From IMG/VR virus record IMGVR_UViG_3300029305_011823: a stretch of 64,000 bases of DNA; one strand, 5' to 3'. Of the stretch, positions 21,874 through 31,061 are shown in pieces. A program made the position numbers and the translations under genes. The notes beneath the pieces were generated by a model. That model was given only the letters and a program-made list of their open reading frames with translations, had not been told where the DNA came from and searched no databases. Positions within the stretch are counted from its first letter, which is position 1. Every line of letters begins with the position of its first letter. This DNA is from a virus. Its lineage: Duplodnaviria > Caudoviricetes.

Positions 21874-22005
21874 ATCTTACCTCCTCCTTATAATTAAATG
21901 TTGGGTAAAAAATGAATAACCATAAAGGTTATTCATCTAAATATTTCTTTTATTATTAATCTTAATATTCTTGCTAATATATTTATCAATGGTCGATTCA
22001 TTTAA

Positions 22006-22308
22006 TCACCATCCTAGATATTTAAATATCATATCTTCAAGTTCTCCTATATATTCAAACTTATTTCCGGGTACGGCATTTACTATATAATTTTTTCCTC
22101 TAAACTCTACAAGAGCCATTGTAAATTTTTCTTTAACTTGAAATGGATATAATAATTTTATTTGGGCATAAACATATTTTTCTCCGTCAGTTAATTCTTC
22201 TTGAGTTTTAGTTATAATATTTTGAAATAATTCTAGATTATATTCTTCCTCACTCTTTTTATTTTTTTCTTCTTTAAATTTGTTAAAATCGATTAGATTA
22301 TCTTTCAT
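22006..22308 (-). CDS. Hypothetical protein
   Basis: GGAGG RBS; ATG at 22308. Confidence 0.7.
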   Translation of the reverse strand: MKDNLIDFNKFKEEKNKKSEEEYNLELFQNIITKTQEELTDGEKYVYAQIKLLYPFQVKEKFTMALVEFRGKNYIVNAVPGNKFEYIGELEDMIFKYLGW

Positions 22309-22325
22309 ACTCAACCCTCCAATTA

Positions 22326-22598
22326 TTATATCATTTTCTTAAGTTCATTCGCTATCATTATACAAGGGACTATATCAACTTCTTCATTAAACCATACTGC
22401 AAATATATATTGTATTCTATATGCTAACACATCTGTTTTAACTTCAAAATCTACAGTTTTTAAAAAATTTATAATGGTTCTAGCTTCAGGACTATACTCA
22501 TCATGCGGTGCTCCTCTTGATATCAATCCCATTAAATCGTAATCAGCTAATATTGCTATTGTCATAAATTCTAACATTTTTTCGTCTCTTTCATCCAT
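22326..22598 (-). CDS. DUF1871/YugE-like protein (tentative)
   Basis: DLMGL...APHDEYSPEA...I pattern. Confidence 0.55.
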   Translation of the reverse strand: MDERDEKMLEFMTIAILADYDLMGLISRGAPHDEYSPEARTIINFLKTVDFEVKTDVLAYRIQYIFAVWFNEEVDIVPCIMIANELKKMI

Positions 22599-22652
22599 TA
22601 GTTTTACCTCCTTTTAAAAATTAAAGGGATAACATATGTTATCCCTTTTTTA

Positions 22653-24734
22653 TTACTCAACATCCGCCAAAGATTTCATAAATAATAAATCTAATGGTGA
22701 ATGTTTATGTTTCTTAAATGTTGTATGTGTATATAATTGTGATTTAAGATAATCGTAAGCTAAACTGTTTGTTATAGAAGGATTATCTGCTAAAGATGCG
22801 TGTAATCCTAATACAACATAATCTGTAAATAACTTACTGAAATCAGGTCTTTCAAGATAGTTATTAACATCTCTTACGAAAGATCTTAATATTGTTGCAG
22901 CATGAATTGACATTACATTGATTTTAGATTCAATTAATAATTCAATGAATCTTTGTTCCATCATATCTAATGTTGGATTCATACCTTTGAAATAAGAACC
23001 ATTTAAAAGTTTATCCATTTCTTTTAATGGTTTTGTTAATTCGTTGTTCTCTATATTAATTGTAAATAATGTTTCTTCTGATAATCTACTAAATGGAACT
23101 AGAATTTCATCATCTTCATTAGATTGGGTTTTCTTAATTATTGCATCTAAATCAGGATGGATGAATAATTCTTTTCCTTCGTTTTCAACTATCTCGTATA
23201 TCTCTTCATGATTTTTAATGTTTCTAACTTTTACAAATTGAACGAACTTATTGAAATCTGCATCATCTAATAATTCATCAATTTGAATTATATTATCAAA
23301 CACCATTTCGTATTGACTTAAATCAACATCTGTTTCATTGTCACTTAACATTTTAACTTGGTTAGCTTCAAGTTTAAATGATTTATCAAATGCTTCATTG
23401 AATTCTATAAGACAACTGTTAGTTGTATTAAGATGTTTTGTTGATAATATGTTTTGAGATAATGGTCTAGATATGATTGTAGATGCAAATATACCAACGT
23501 CCATACCTCTATTAACTGTTGCTAATGCTCCATAACATGTTTCACATACACCATCTTTACAAGCACATTTACCAGGATCTCTGAATAATAATGTTTTTCC
23601 TATTAAATGCGTATCTGTAACTTTTAATAATTTAAATTCTCTATGTCCTGGTAATCTATAATATCTACCAGCACACATTTCTAAGAATTTCTTATCATTA
23701 ATTGTTAACTTAACTGTATGAGGTGTATGACAATCTTTTGTTTTACTAATATAAGTTCCAACACAAGATAGTTTCATTAATAATGCCATATGTCCTGAAC
23801 TACCCATTTTCTCTTTATTAGCTATTAAAGATTTTCTTGAAGCTCCTGCATCTATATAATAGTTTGTGATATTACCAAATCCACCAACTATAAAGTTACT
23901 GTTTATTGGAATTGGAATTGTATTACCTAATAGGTCTGATTTAAGACCTCCACTAATACTAAACTCTCTTAACTGTTGATCCTTGATTCCTTCACCAGAT
24001 AATAACATTGGTTGGAAACAGTTATCTGTTGATTTTAATATCTCAATTTCTTCTTTCATTAAATCATTTAAATAATTTTCTATATCTTTTGGTTGCATAT
24101 CTTCTGGAATCTTTGTTCTTATTAATTCGTTAAATCTAGGATTCTCATTTGCAACTTTTATGAAACTATTCTCAAGATTTAATGTTATACCCATTAAGTT
24201 ATTAAAATCTTTTGGAATTTTATTCAATCTATATAATATATCGTGTAATACTGCATTTAATTCCATAAATCTTTCTTCTGTATCTGTAAACTCATCTCTA
24301 AATGGAATTATTATCTTTTCATCTATATACTTTTTAATTGTCTTATTCGAAATTTGTCTAGCATCAAATAGATAACTATCATCTAATTCAACATCAACTT
24401 CTAATTCTACAAATGCTCTTAAGAATATCATATTGACTAAAAGATGTCTAATTTCCATTTCTATATAATGTTTACTATCTTTGTTAAATGTTACTTTTAC
24501 TGGAAATTTTCTTATGTTTTCTATCTCAAATCCTTCTTCTAATATATAATATATATGACCATACATAGATTTAAACTCATCATAATCAGATATGATTTTG
24601 TTTAAATCAAACACTTTATTACCTCCATAAACTTCTTCTACTTCATTTAAAATTTTATCTTCAAATTCAATATATTCGTTGATATCAAAATTAAAATTTT
24701 CATTATAATTAAATCCTTCTTTATATATAGCCAT
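22653..24734 (-). CDS. Phage multisubunit RNA polymerase beta' C-terminal subunit (probably non-virion RNAP)
   Basis: CACKDGVCETCYG zinc site; bridge-helix-like ASRKSLI; trigger-loop-like RPLSQNILSTKH; lies downstream of a class-1 promoter. Confidence 0.85.
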   Translation of the reverse strand: MAIYKEGFNYNENFNFDINEYIEFEDKILNEVEEVYGGNKVFDLNKIISDYDEFKSMYGHIYYILEEGFEIENIRKFPVKVTFNKDSKHYIEMEIRHLLVNMIFLRAFVELEVDVELDDSYLFDARQISNKTIKKYIDEKIIIPFRDEFTDTEERFMELNAVLHDILYRLNKIPKDFNNLMGITLNLENSFIKVANENPRFNELIRTKIPEDMQPKDIENYLNDLMKEEIEILKSTDNCFQPMLLSGEGIKDQQLREFSISGGLKSDLLGNTIPIPINSNFIVGGFGNITNYYIDAGASRKSLIANKEKMGSSGHMALLMKLSCVGTYISKTKDCHTPHTVKLTINDKKFLEMCAGRYYRLPGHREFKLLKVTDTHLIGKTLLFRDPGKCACKDGVCETCYGALATVNRGMDVGIFASTIISRPLSQNILSTKHLNTTNSCLIEFNEAFDKSFKLEANQVKMLSDNETDVDLSQYEMVFDNIIQIDELLDDADFNKFVQFVKVRNIKNHEEIYEIVENEGKELFIHPDLDAIIKKTQSNEDDEILVPFSRLSEETLFTINIENNELTKPLKEMDKLLNGSYFKGMNPTLDMMEQRFIELLIESKINVMSIHAATILRSFVRDVNNYLERPDFSKLFTDYVVLGLHASLADNPSITNSLAYDYLKSQLYTHTTFKKHKHSPLDLLFMKSLADVE

Positions 24735-24770
24735 ATAATCTACCTCCTAGTTATTATTTTTTTAAATAAC

Positions 24771-24974
24771 TTATATTAATTCTAATTCTATTGCTAGAAA
24801 ATACATTAAATCTAAAAATCCTTCTATTCTTACTCCGTATACTGTTTCATTGTAATCATCTACAGCAACATCTTCTACTATTCCTTCTAAACCTATAACA
24901 AAACTGTCGTCTCCTTCAAGTTTATCATATACAACCTTTACATTATCATTTAAATCAAACATTAATTTTTTCAT
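24771..24974 (-). CDS. Small SH3-barrel-like hypothetical protein
   Basis: AAGGAGG RBS; first gene after the promoter at 25037-25068. Confidence 0.7.
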   Translation of the reverse strand: MKKLMFDLNDNVKVVYDKLEGDDSFVIGLEGIVEDVAVDDYNETVYGVRIEGFLDLMYFLAIELELI

Positions 24975-25036
24975 ATCGTTTCCTCCTTTAAAATAATATA
25001 TATTTATTGTTATGATATAAATAATATTTCACAAAT

Positions 25037-25068
25037 ATAATATATAATTGAAATATTACCTTTTTACA
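25037..25068 (-). promoter_or_regulatory. Class-1 (putative early) promoter
   Basis: 32-bp motif copy. Confidence 0.78.
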
Positions 25069-25077
25069 CAGAAAAAA

Positions 25078-25202
25078 TACGTCCATGCAAATGGACGTAT
25101 CTTCCTAACCGTATTCTAATGATTAACAACTTCTTTTTTCCACTCACCTTTTAGGAAGGTTCGTTTCCTTCTTAGATGCTATCGCATTAAGAAGTTGTTG
25201 GT
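25078..25202. ncRNA. Candidate structured RNA element (hairpin plus multibranch domain)
   Basis: atacgtccat/atggacgtat hairpin; aacaacttctt/aagaagttgtt stem enclosing the hairpins gaagg/ccttc and atgc/gcat. Confidence 0.45.
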
Positions 25203-25287
25203 ATGTTGATAATTAATTATATGGTTTCGCTGAAATTTAATTTATATAACAAGTAATGGATTCGGGAACGTAGAAAAAAATACTAGC

Positions 25288-26358
25288 CTAAGCTAGTAAA
25301 TCAATGTAACCTAAATGATGAGCCATTGATAACATACTACACCATAAATCTTTCTCCATTTCATTTTTATCATTTGGATAATTAAATCCAAAATCTTTAT
25401 GTCTTTTCTTTAATTTATCAAACATTTTATTTGTATCTTTTTGATTTATTTTTTCACCAAATTTAGAAAGTTGATCATTGAGATCATTATATTCACATCT
25501 ATTCTTTTTATTTCTTAATGTGGTATTTTTATTTATGTTTTGGATATAATTACATATATAACATATATGACCAAATATATCTTTGTACTTATACATTATA
25601 TTTGAATTTGTATTAATTTTTATAACAATATCTGAAACTATTTTAGCAAGATCAAATAATATATCTATATCTAATTGACGTATAATATAATTTTGATTAC
25701 ATTGTTCATTTAAACTTGTATTAAGGAAATATTGTGTTAATATAAAGTTAGTTATAAATCCTGAATAAATAGCGGGATCTATAGCTGATAAAGAACTATC
25801 CAACATAGTTAATAAACGTATAACTAATTCAGCAATTGTTTCATTATGATAAGTTTGAATTGTTTCCAATGCTAAATTGTACGTTTCTTCATCTAAATCA
25901 ATATTTTTAAATTTTAATGAATTTGAATAAGCAATATTCGTTTTCTTTGATGTTGAATCTGTATAAATTTCTGTAATAATTAAACTATAATCTTTCGTCC
26001 CATCTTTTCTATTATAAGGTTTTATTTTTGCTTTGAATTTCATAATACTATCGTTAAAGAATAATTCACTATACCAATTTTCAGGAACGTTTATATGAAT
26101 ATGATCATACATAAATCTATTATTAGAATGCACGTTTATAAATGTTATAGGAATACATCCTTTAAAAGCTTTATTTCCAAATTTACCTGTACAATATGCT
26201 GAATATTCATATTCTTCATTACCTTTTTCATATCTTTCTTTTAGATTATAACGTTGGTCGAAATGATTTATTGTTATTTCTCTATTATCAATAACTCCAT
26301 GATTATCACCTATGATATATCCTTTACCAGCAGTTGTAAAATTGTTAAATTCTGACAT
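25288..26358 (-). CDS. Hypothetical protein; N-terminal possible OB-fold, helical C-terminus
   Basis: AAGGAG RBS; beta-rich DHIHI...MKFKAKIKPY...DYSL segment (OB-fold is inference). Confidence 0.75.
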   Translation of the reverse strand: MSEFNNFTTAGKGYIIGDNHGVIDNREITINHFDQRYNLKERYEKGNEEYEYSAYCTGKFGNKAFKGCIPITFINVHSNNRFMYDHIHINVPENWYSELFFNDSIMKFKAKIKPYNRKDGTKDYSLIITEIYTDSTSKKTNIAYSNSLKFKNIDLDEETYNLALETIQTYHNETIAELVIRLLTMLDSSLSAIDPAIYSGFITNFILTQYFLNTSLNEQCNQNYIIRQLDIDILFDLAKIVSDIVIKINTNSNIMYKYKDIFGHICYICNYIQNINKNTTLRNKKNRCEYNDLNDQLSKFGEKINQKDTNKMFDKLKKRHKDFGFNYPNDKNEMEKDLWCSMLSMAHHLGYIDLLA

Positions 26359-26389
26359 ATTATCACTCTCCTTTATAAAATAAAATAAA

Positions 26390-26414
26390 GGATATGCTCA
26401 TTATGAGCATATCC
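26390..26414 (-). terminator. Intrinsic terminator between the repeat RNA and the 356-aa ORF
   Basis: ggatatgctca/tgagcatatcc 11-bp stem with a minus-strand U-rich tail. Confidence 0.8.
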
Positions 26415-26435
26415 AAATAAATAATTTATAGTTAA

Positions 26436-26607
26436 GTTGTGAAGTTAGCTATAGAGACCGTCCTCTATGAGCATACAGTATAGAGACCGTCCTCTATGAC
26501 TGTACATCAGTTCACAACAATTTGATTGAAGTTAGCTATAGAGACCGTCCTCTATGAGCATACAGTATAGAGACCGTCCTCTATGACTGTACATCAGTTC
26601 AACCAAA
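26436..26607 (-). ncRNA. Repeat RNA: two identical 75-nt units, four identical bulged hairpins (C-AUAGAG-GACGGU-CUCUAU)
   Basis: Exact direct repeat 26440-26514 = 26527-26601; 21-mer tatagagaccgtcctctatga at 26450, 26479, 26537 and 26566; different but paired closing stems. Confidence 0.8.
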
Positions 26608-26634
26608 CCTATTTAATCTTTTGTTATCACCTTT

Positions 26635-26666
26635 ATAATATATAATTGAAATTTTACCTTTTTACA
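26635..26666 (-). promoter_or_regulatory. Class-1 promoter driving the repeat RNA (with class-2 AACA-AAAGAT-TA at 26625-26614)
   Basis: 32-bp motif copy pointing into the repeats. Confidence 0.78.
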
Positions 26667-26703
26667 TTTATTTATAAAATTTAATATAGCTTAACAAATT
26701 AAT

Positions 26704-26808
26704 AAGTAAAATGATGAGAGCGGATATGCATCATCTTACTTAAACATCTTACCTCTGAAGTTATTGTTTTTACTTGTCCTATACCCTTTGATTGGGTATA
26801 GGACTTTA
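26704..26808 (+). ncRNA. Candidate small RNA with anti-AUG/anti-SD segment
   Basis: AACA-AATTAA-TA at 26693-26704; 5' stem; AAACAUCUUACCUC; terminator stem 26776-26804; the beta gene has its own AACA-N6-TA at 26831-26842. Confidence 0.45.
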
Positions 26809-26882
26809 AATATCGATTTTTACCTGATAAAACAATCCTGTAAGTATATTTGAAACTAAATAATGGAAAGGGTGAGTTGTTT

Positions 26883-29800
26883 ATGATTACTACTAATAGA
26901 TTACCGTTATTACAAAGATCAAGACTTAGACCAGTAATCAATTATGATATTAGAAATAAAAGATATGGTTCATTATTGATAATGAACACTATGGATTATT
27001 CTAATTTAAAAGGGAAATTAGGGACAGTTAATATAGAATATAATACTGTCATGACAATGTGCTATTCTAAAAGAAGAGAACAAATTAAGATAAAAAATAA
27101 AAGATATGTTGAAAATAGAGTTCAGACTAGACAAGAACATTACGACAAAATAAAAGCTGAACTTCCTATGTTAAATGGAATTAATGAAGGTAAACTTCAT
27201 ATGGGATTCAACTTATATTTTGATTTAATAAATGCTAATAAAATATTTGCTGAAAATTCTGGGATGTTAACTAAAATAGTAAAACCTAAAGAGTATTGGG
27301 ATTTTATAATGCGATATATGGAAGAATTACCTTTAGATAAATATCCTATGAAAACCATGCTTATAAACGTAGATGAGTTTGGAGCTAATATAGTTGCAGA
27401 TTTAAATAATAGAACTGATTCAGTAAACCCAATATCTTATTTATATTTATTAATGAAAAGAGAACCCGAAGAATTCTATAAACTAGGGGATATAGATATA
27501 ATAATAACATCAAAAATAGGATATGTAGTTAGAATAAATCCTGCTGAATGTAAAAGAACTATAGCTAAAGATGCTAACAAAGCTAATATAGCAGCTTTAT
27601 TTAGAAAGGAATTATTTAAATTATTAAATAGAACTGACCCTGAAGAAGGGAACATAAAATCTGAAGCAGATGAAATATTAGCAAAAAATAGAGAGGAAAT
27701 AACTCAATCGCTAATAGATAAATTTGTATTTGGTGCAGGTGGAGACCAAAGTATACCTGAAGATGTTAAGAATAAAATAGAGGTAGAAGTTGAAAAAGTG
27801 TTGGATAAGAACAATGAGGCAAGTCCAGCAGAAGTTAAAAAAGAAATAGAACAAAATGAAGACTTGATGAAAGATATACTAATGGCAGATAATAAAAAGA
27901 TAGCTAAATCTGCAGCATCTAGTAAAAGAGATGAATTGCTTAGAGAAAGACAAATGGCTCTTACTGTACAAGGTAAAACTATTGAAGAAGTCCTTCAAAT
28001 GAAATCAGAAGATATAAAAGTACCAGTAAATAATATAGAAGATAAAGTTGAAACATTTAATAAAAACATGACCGATGTAAGATTTAATAATATAGATAAA
28101 GCTTACGTGTCTGAATTAATGGAAAAAGATATAATATCGATGTTTACAATGATGAATGATAAATCTATAAAAGTATTCGTAAGATCTATAAATAAGGAAG
28201 ATTCATCTGATATATCTAACTATAAAGAAACATGGACTATTGAATTAGAAGATGAATTAAGAGTTAGACATAAATTAGTATTTGACGTGCCTAAAATAAT
28301 AGATGGTAGATTTATGTATCTTGGAGGTAATAGAAAATATATAAATAACCAACAGTTATTATTACCTATAGTTAAAGTTGAACCTGATACAGTTCAATTA
28401 GTTAGTAACTATAATAAAATATTCATAAGAAGATATGGAGAAAAAGTTTCTTCTGTAAATGAAAAACTTAAAAAAGCATTATCCGAAGATATAAAAGGGG
28501 TTAAAGTTCAAAGAGGTAAATTTGATACCGAAAATAAAAGTTATGTTACTTCTATTGATTATGATGACTTAGCTAAAATATTTAAAGAGATAAATGCTAA
28601 CGGAACAAGAGTTATATTCGACCAAAAAGAAATACGTAGTATCTTAGTAGGAGCAAATATAAAAGGATTAGAAGCAAAATTAGATAAAGAATTATTACCT
28701 TTAGCTGTTAAAGGTAATACGTATTATTGTGTCGATTTAAACAAAGATGAAGTAGTTACAATAAATCAACAAGGTAAAACTGGATCTACTGGTAAAGGAA
28801 TAATAGACTTTATATTATCTTTATCAAAAGAATTAGAATCTAAAGTGGGAGAACAATCTGCAGGTAAGAAATACATGTATAATAGAGCAACTATAATGAG
28901 TAAACAAGTTCCTATAGTTTTATTATTATGTTATTTTGAAGGTATAGACGGATTTTTAAAAAGAGCAAATATAGATCATTATTTCTCTGATACTAGACCT
29001 AGATTAGCACCTAATGAAGGCTGCATACAATTCCAAGACGGATTCTTAATATTCACTAATAAACCTATGGCGACATCATTATTGATGAATGGATTTATAG
29101 ACATACCAACTAAGAATTATAATTATGCCGATTTAAATGATAAATTTGTTTATCAATCAATATTTGAAACTATGTTTGGTAGAAGAAATATAGCAAATGC
29201 ATTTGATAACTTCTTAGATAACTTTATAGATCCAATGACGTTAGATGTATTAAGAAGATTATCATTACCAACTGATTTAACTGGTATGATTTTATATGGA
29301 AATGAGTTATTAGTAGATAACCAATATACACATGAAATAACAGTATCTAGAATTAGATGTTCTGAAGTAATAAATGCTATAATTTATAAAAACGTAGCTA
29401 AAGCTTACGAAAAATATAAAGAGACTGCTAACTTTAATAACCCTGTTAAAATAAGTATGAAGAAAGATGCTATAATAAAAGAAATAGTTATGCAACAGAC
29501 AGTGGAAGATTATTCTGAGCTTAATCCTATATATGAACAACAAAACTTAAGAAAATGCTTAAGAAAAGGACCTAGTGGTTGTAACTTAGCACAAGCTTAT
29601 AATGAAACACAAAGATCTTTCCACCCTGGTATGACTGGACTATTTACTTTATCATCTTCTCCAGATGCTAACGTTGGGGTAAATAGATTCTTAACATTAG
29701 AACCACCTATAACAGATCCTCGTGGATTTATAGATAATAAAGCATTACAAGGTAAAGTTAATGAATATACCGATGCTAACTTATTTGGTGTTGCAGAATT

Positions 29801-31025
29801 ATTAACTACAGGTTGTGCTTCAGGTGATGACAGTGTAAGGGTAACAATGTCATGTAGACAATCAACACACTGTGTTGCTGTTGCTAAAGGATCACCTGTT
29901 TTAGTATCTAATGGTGCTGAAAGGGTTATGCCTTATCATTGTACTAAAGACTGGGTATTTGTTGCACAAGATGATGGTATAGTAAAAGAATATGATGAGA
30001 AATTAGGCTTACTTATAGTTGAATATGAAAATGGAGAACATGACGCTGTTGATATAAATAGAATAGCTAAAAATGGTGCTGGTGGATTCCATGTTGCTAA
30101 ACATATGAACTGTAATTATAAGAAAGGTGATAAATTTAAAAAGAACGATATACTAGCATATGAAGATAAATTCTTTAGCCAAAACTCAGCATTTGGTAAT
30201 AGATTTAACGTTGGTTCATTACAAAAAGTTGCATTACTTTCTTCATCATTAACATATGAAGATAGTTCTTATATAAGTAAGAAATTATCTAGAGAAATGG
30301 CTACTGAAGTTGTTATGCAAAAACAAGCCGTATTAGGACCAAATACAAACGTAGACTATATGATAAAAATAGGAGAAAAAGTACAAAATGGTGATGAACT
30401 TATAAGATTTGAAAAATCTTTCAATGAAGAAACTATCAACCAATTATTATTTAATGTTGGGGATGAATATAAAGAAGATATCATAATGAGTGGTAAAGAT
30501 AAAGTTAAATCTAAGTACTCAGGAGTTATAGAAGATATCAAAGTATATTGTACAGTGGAATTAGATGAACTATCTCCATCATTAAGACAAATAGTTTCTC
30601 AATATTATAATAAAATAAACTCTAAGAAAAAATTATTAGAAAAATACGATAAGAATGGTTCAGTTGTTAAATGTAATATGTTATTCAATGAACCTACTGG
30701 AAAAGTAGAACCTAATGGTAATGGTGTATTTAGAGGTGCTAAAGTTAATGAAGGTGTTATAATAGAATTCTATATTAAAGTTCATGATGAAGTTGGTATA
30801 GGAGATAAAATAGTTTTCTTCAGTGCCTTAAAGAGTATAGTAGGTAGTGTTATACCAGAAGGTCAAGAAGCATATACATTATTTAGACCAGAAGAAGGAA
30901 TAGATGCTGTATTAAGTTGTAACTCATTAATAGCTAGGGGTGTTACTTCTGCTCCAAAAGCAATAATGGGTAATAAACTAATGGTTGAATTAAGTAGAAA
31001 GCTTAAAGAAATTTATGATAAATAA
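26883..31025 (+). CDS. Phage multisubunit RNA polymerase beta subunit (probably virion RNAP)
   Basis: Beta-like motifs SSPDANVGVNRFL, RVTMSCRQSTH, TYEDS, GDKIVFFSALKSIV and DAVLSCNSLIARG; long N-terminal extension; RBS favours ATG at 26883. Confidence 0.88.
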   Translation: MITTNRLPLLQRSRLRPVINYDIRNKRYGSLLIMNTMDYSNLKGKLGTVNIEYNTVMTMCYSKRREQIKIKNKRYVENRVQTRQEHYDKIKAELPMLNGINEGKLHMGFNLYFDLINANKIFAENSGMLTKIVKPKEYWDFIMRYMEELPLDKYPMKTMLINVDEFGANIVADLNNRTDSVNPISYLYLLMKREPEEFYKLGDIDIIITSKIGYVVRINPAECKRTIAKDANKANIAALFRKELFKLLNRTDPEEGNIKSEADEILAKNREEITQSLIDKFVFGAGGDQSIPEDVKNKIEVEVEKVLDKNNEASPAEVKKEIEQNEDLMKDILMADNKKIAKSAASSKRDELLRERQMALTVQGKTIEEVLQMKSEDIKVPVNNIEDKVETFNKNMTDVRFNNIDKAYVSELMEKDIISMFTMMNDKSIKVFVRSINKEDSSDISNYKETWTIELEDELRVRHKLVFDVPKIIDGRFMYLGGNRKYINNQQLLLPIVKVEPDTVQLVSNYNKIFIRRYGEKVSSVNEKLKKALSEDIKGVKVQRGKFDTENKSYVTSIDYDDLAKIFKEINANGTRVIFDQKEIRSILVGANIKGLEAKLDKELLPLAVKGNTYYCVDLNKDEVVTINQQGKTGSTGKGIIDFILSLSKELESKVGEQSAGKKYMYNRATIMSKQVPIVLLLCYFEGIDGFLKRANIDHYFSDTRPRLAPNEGCIQFQDGFLIFTNKPMATSLLMNGFIDIPTKNYNYADLNDKFVYQSIFETMFGRRNIANAFDNFLDNFIDPMTLDVLRRLSLPTDLTGMILYGNELLVDNQYTHEITVSRIRCSEVINAIIYKNVAKAYEKYKETANFNNPVKISMKKDAIIKEIVMQQTVEDYSELNPIYEQQNLRKCLRKGPSGCNLAQAYNETQRSFHPGMTGLFTLSSSPDANVGVNRFLTLEPPITDPRGFIDNKALQGKVNEYTDANLFGVAELLTTGCASGDDSVRVTMSCRQSTHCVAVAKGSPVLVSNGAERVMPYHCTKDWVFVAQDDGIVKEYDEKLGLLIVEYENGEHDAVDINRIAKNGAGGFHVAKHMNCNYKKGDKFKKNDILAYEDKFFSQNSAFGNRFNVGSLQKVALLSSSLTYEDSSYISKKLSREMATEVVMQKQAVLGPNTNVDYMIKIGEKVQNGDELIRFEKSFNEETINQLLFNVGDEYKEDIIMSGKDKVKSKYSGVIEDIKVYCTVELDELSPSLRQIVSQYYNKINSKKKLLEKYDKNGSVVKCNMLFNEPTGKVEPNGNGVFRGAKVNEGVIIEFYIKVHDEVGIGDKIVFFSALKSIVGSVIPEGQEAYTLFRPEEGIDAVLSCNSLIARGVTSAPKAIMGNKLMVELSRKLKEIYDK

Positions 31026-31030
31026 AAAAT

Positions 31031-31058
31031 ATAGAGATAGCCAATCGGCTATCTCTAT
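31031..31058. terminator. Bidirectional terminator between convergent genes
   Basis: atagagatagcc/ggctatctctat stem with A/T tails. Confidence 0.85.
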
Positions 31059-31061
31059 TTA

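Noticed and set aside
26440-26601. CRISPR array or mini-array
   Set aside because: The gaps between 21-mers are 8, 37 and 8 nt and the 8-nt ones are identical; there are no unique equal-length spacers and no cas genes in the window.
26440-26601. Hammerhead ribozyme, or engineered BsaI (GGTCTC) sites
   Set aside because: CUGAUG is followed by U and there is no GAAA core. The four GAGACC sites are part of the hairpin stem/loop, and nothing else looks synthetic.
26699-26941. 80-aa minus-strand ORF
   Set aside because: It overlaps the RNAP beta start, its promoter and a terminator hairpin; better explained as regulatory DNA.
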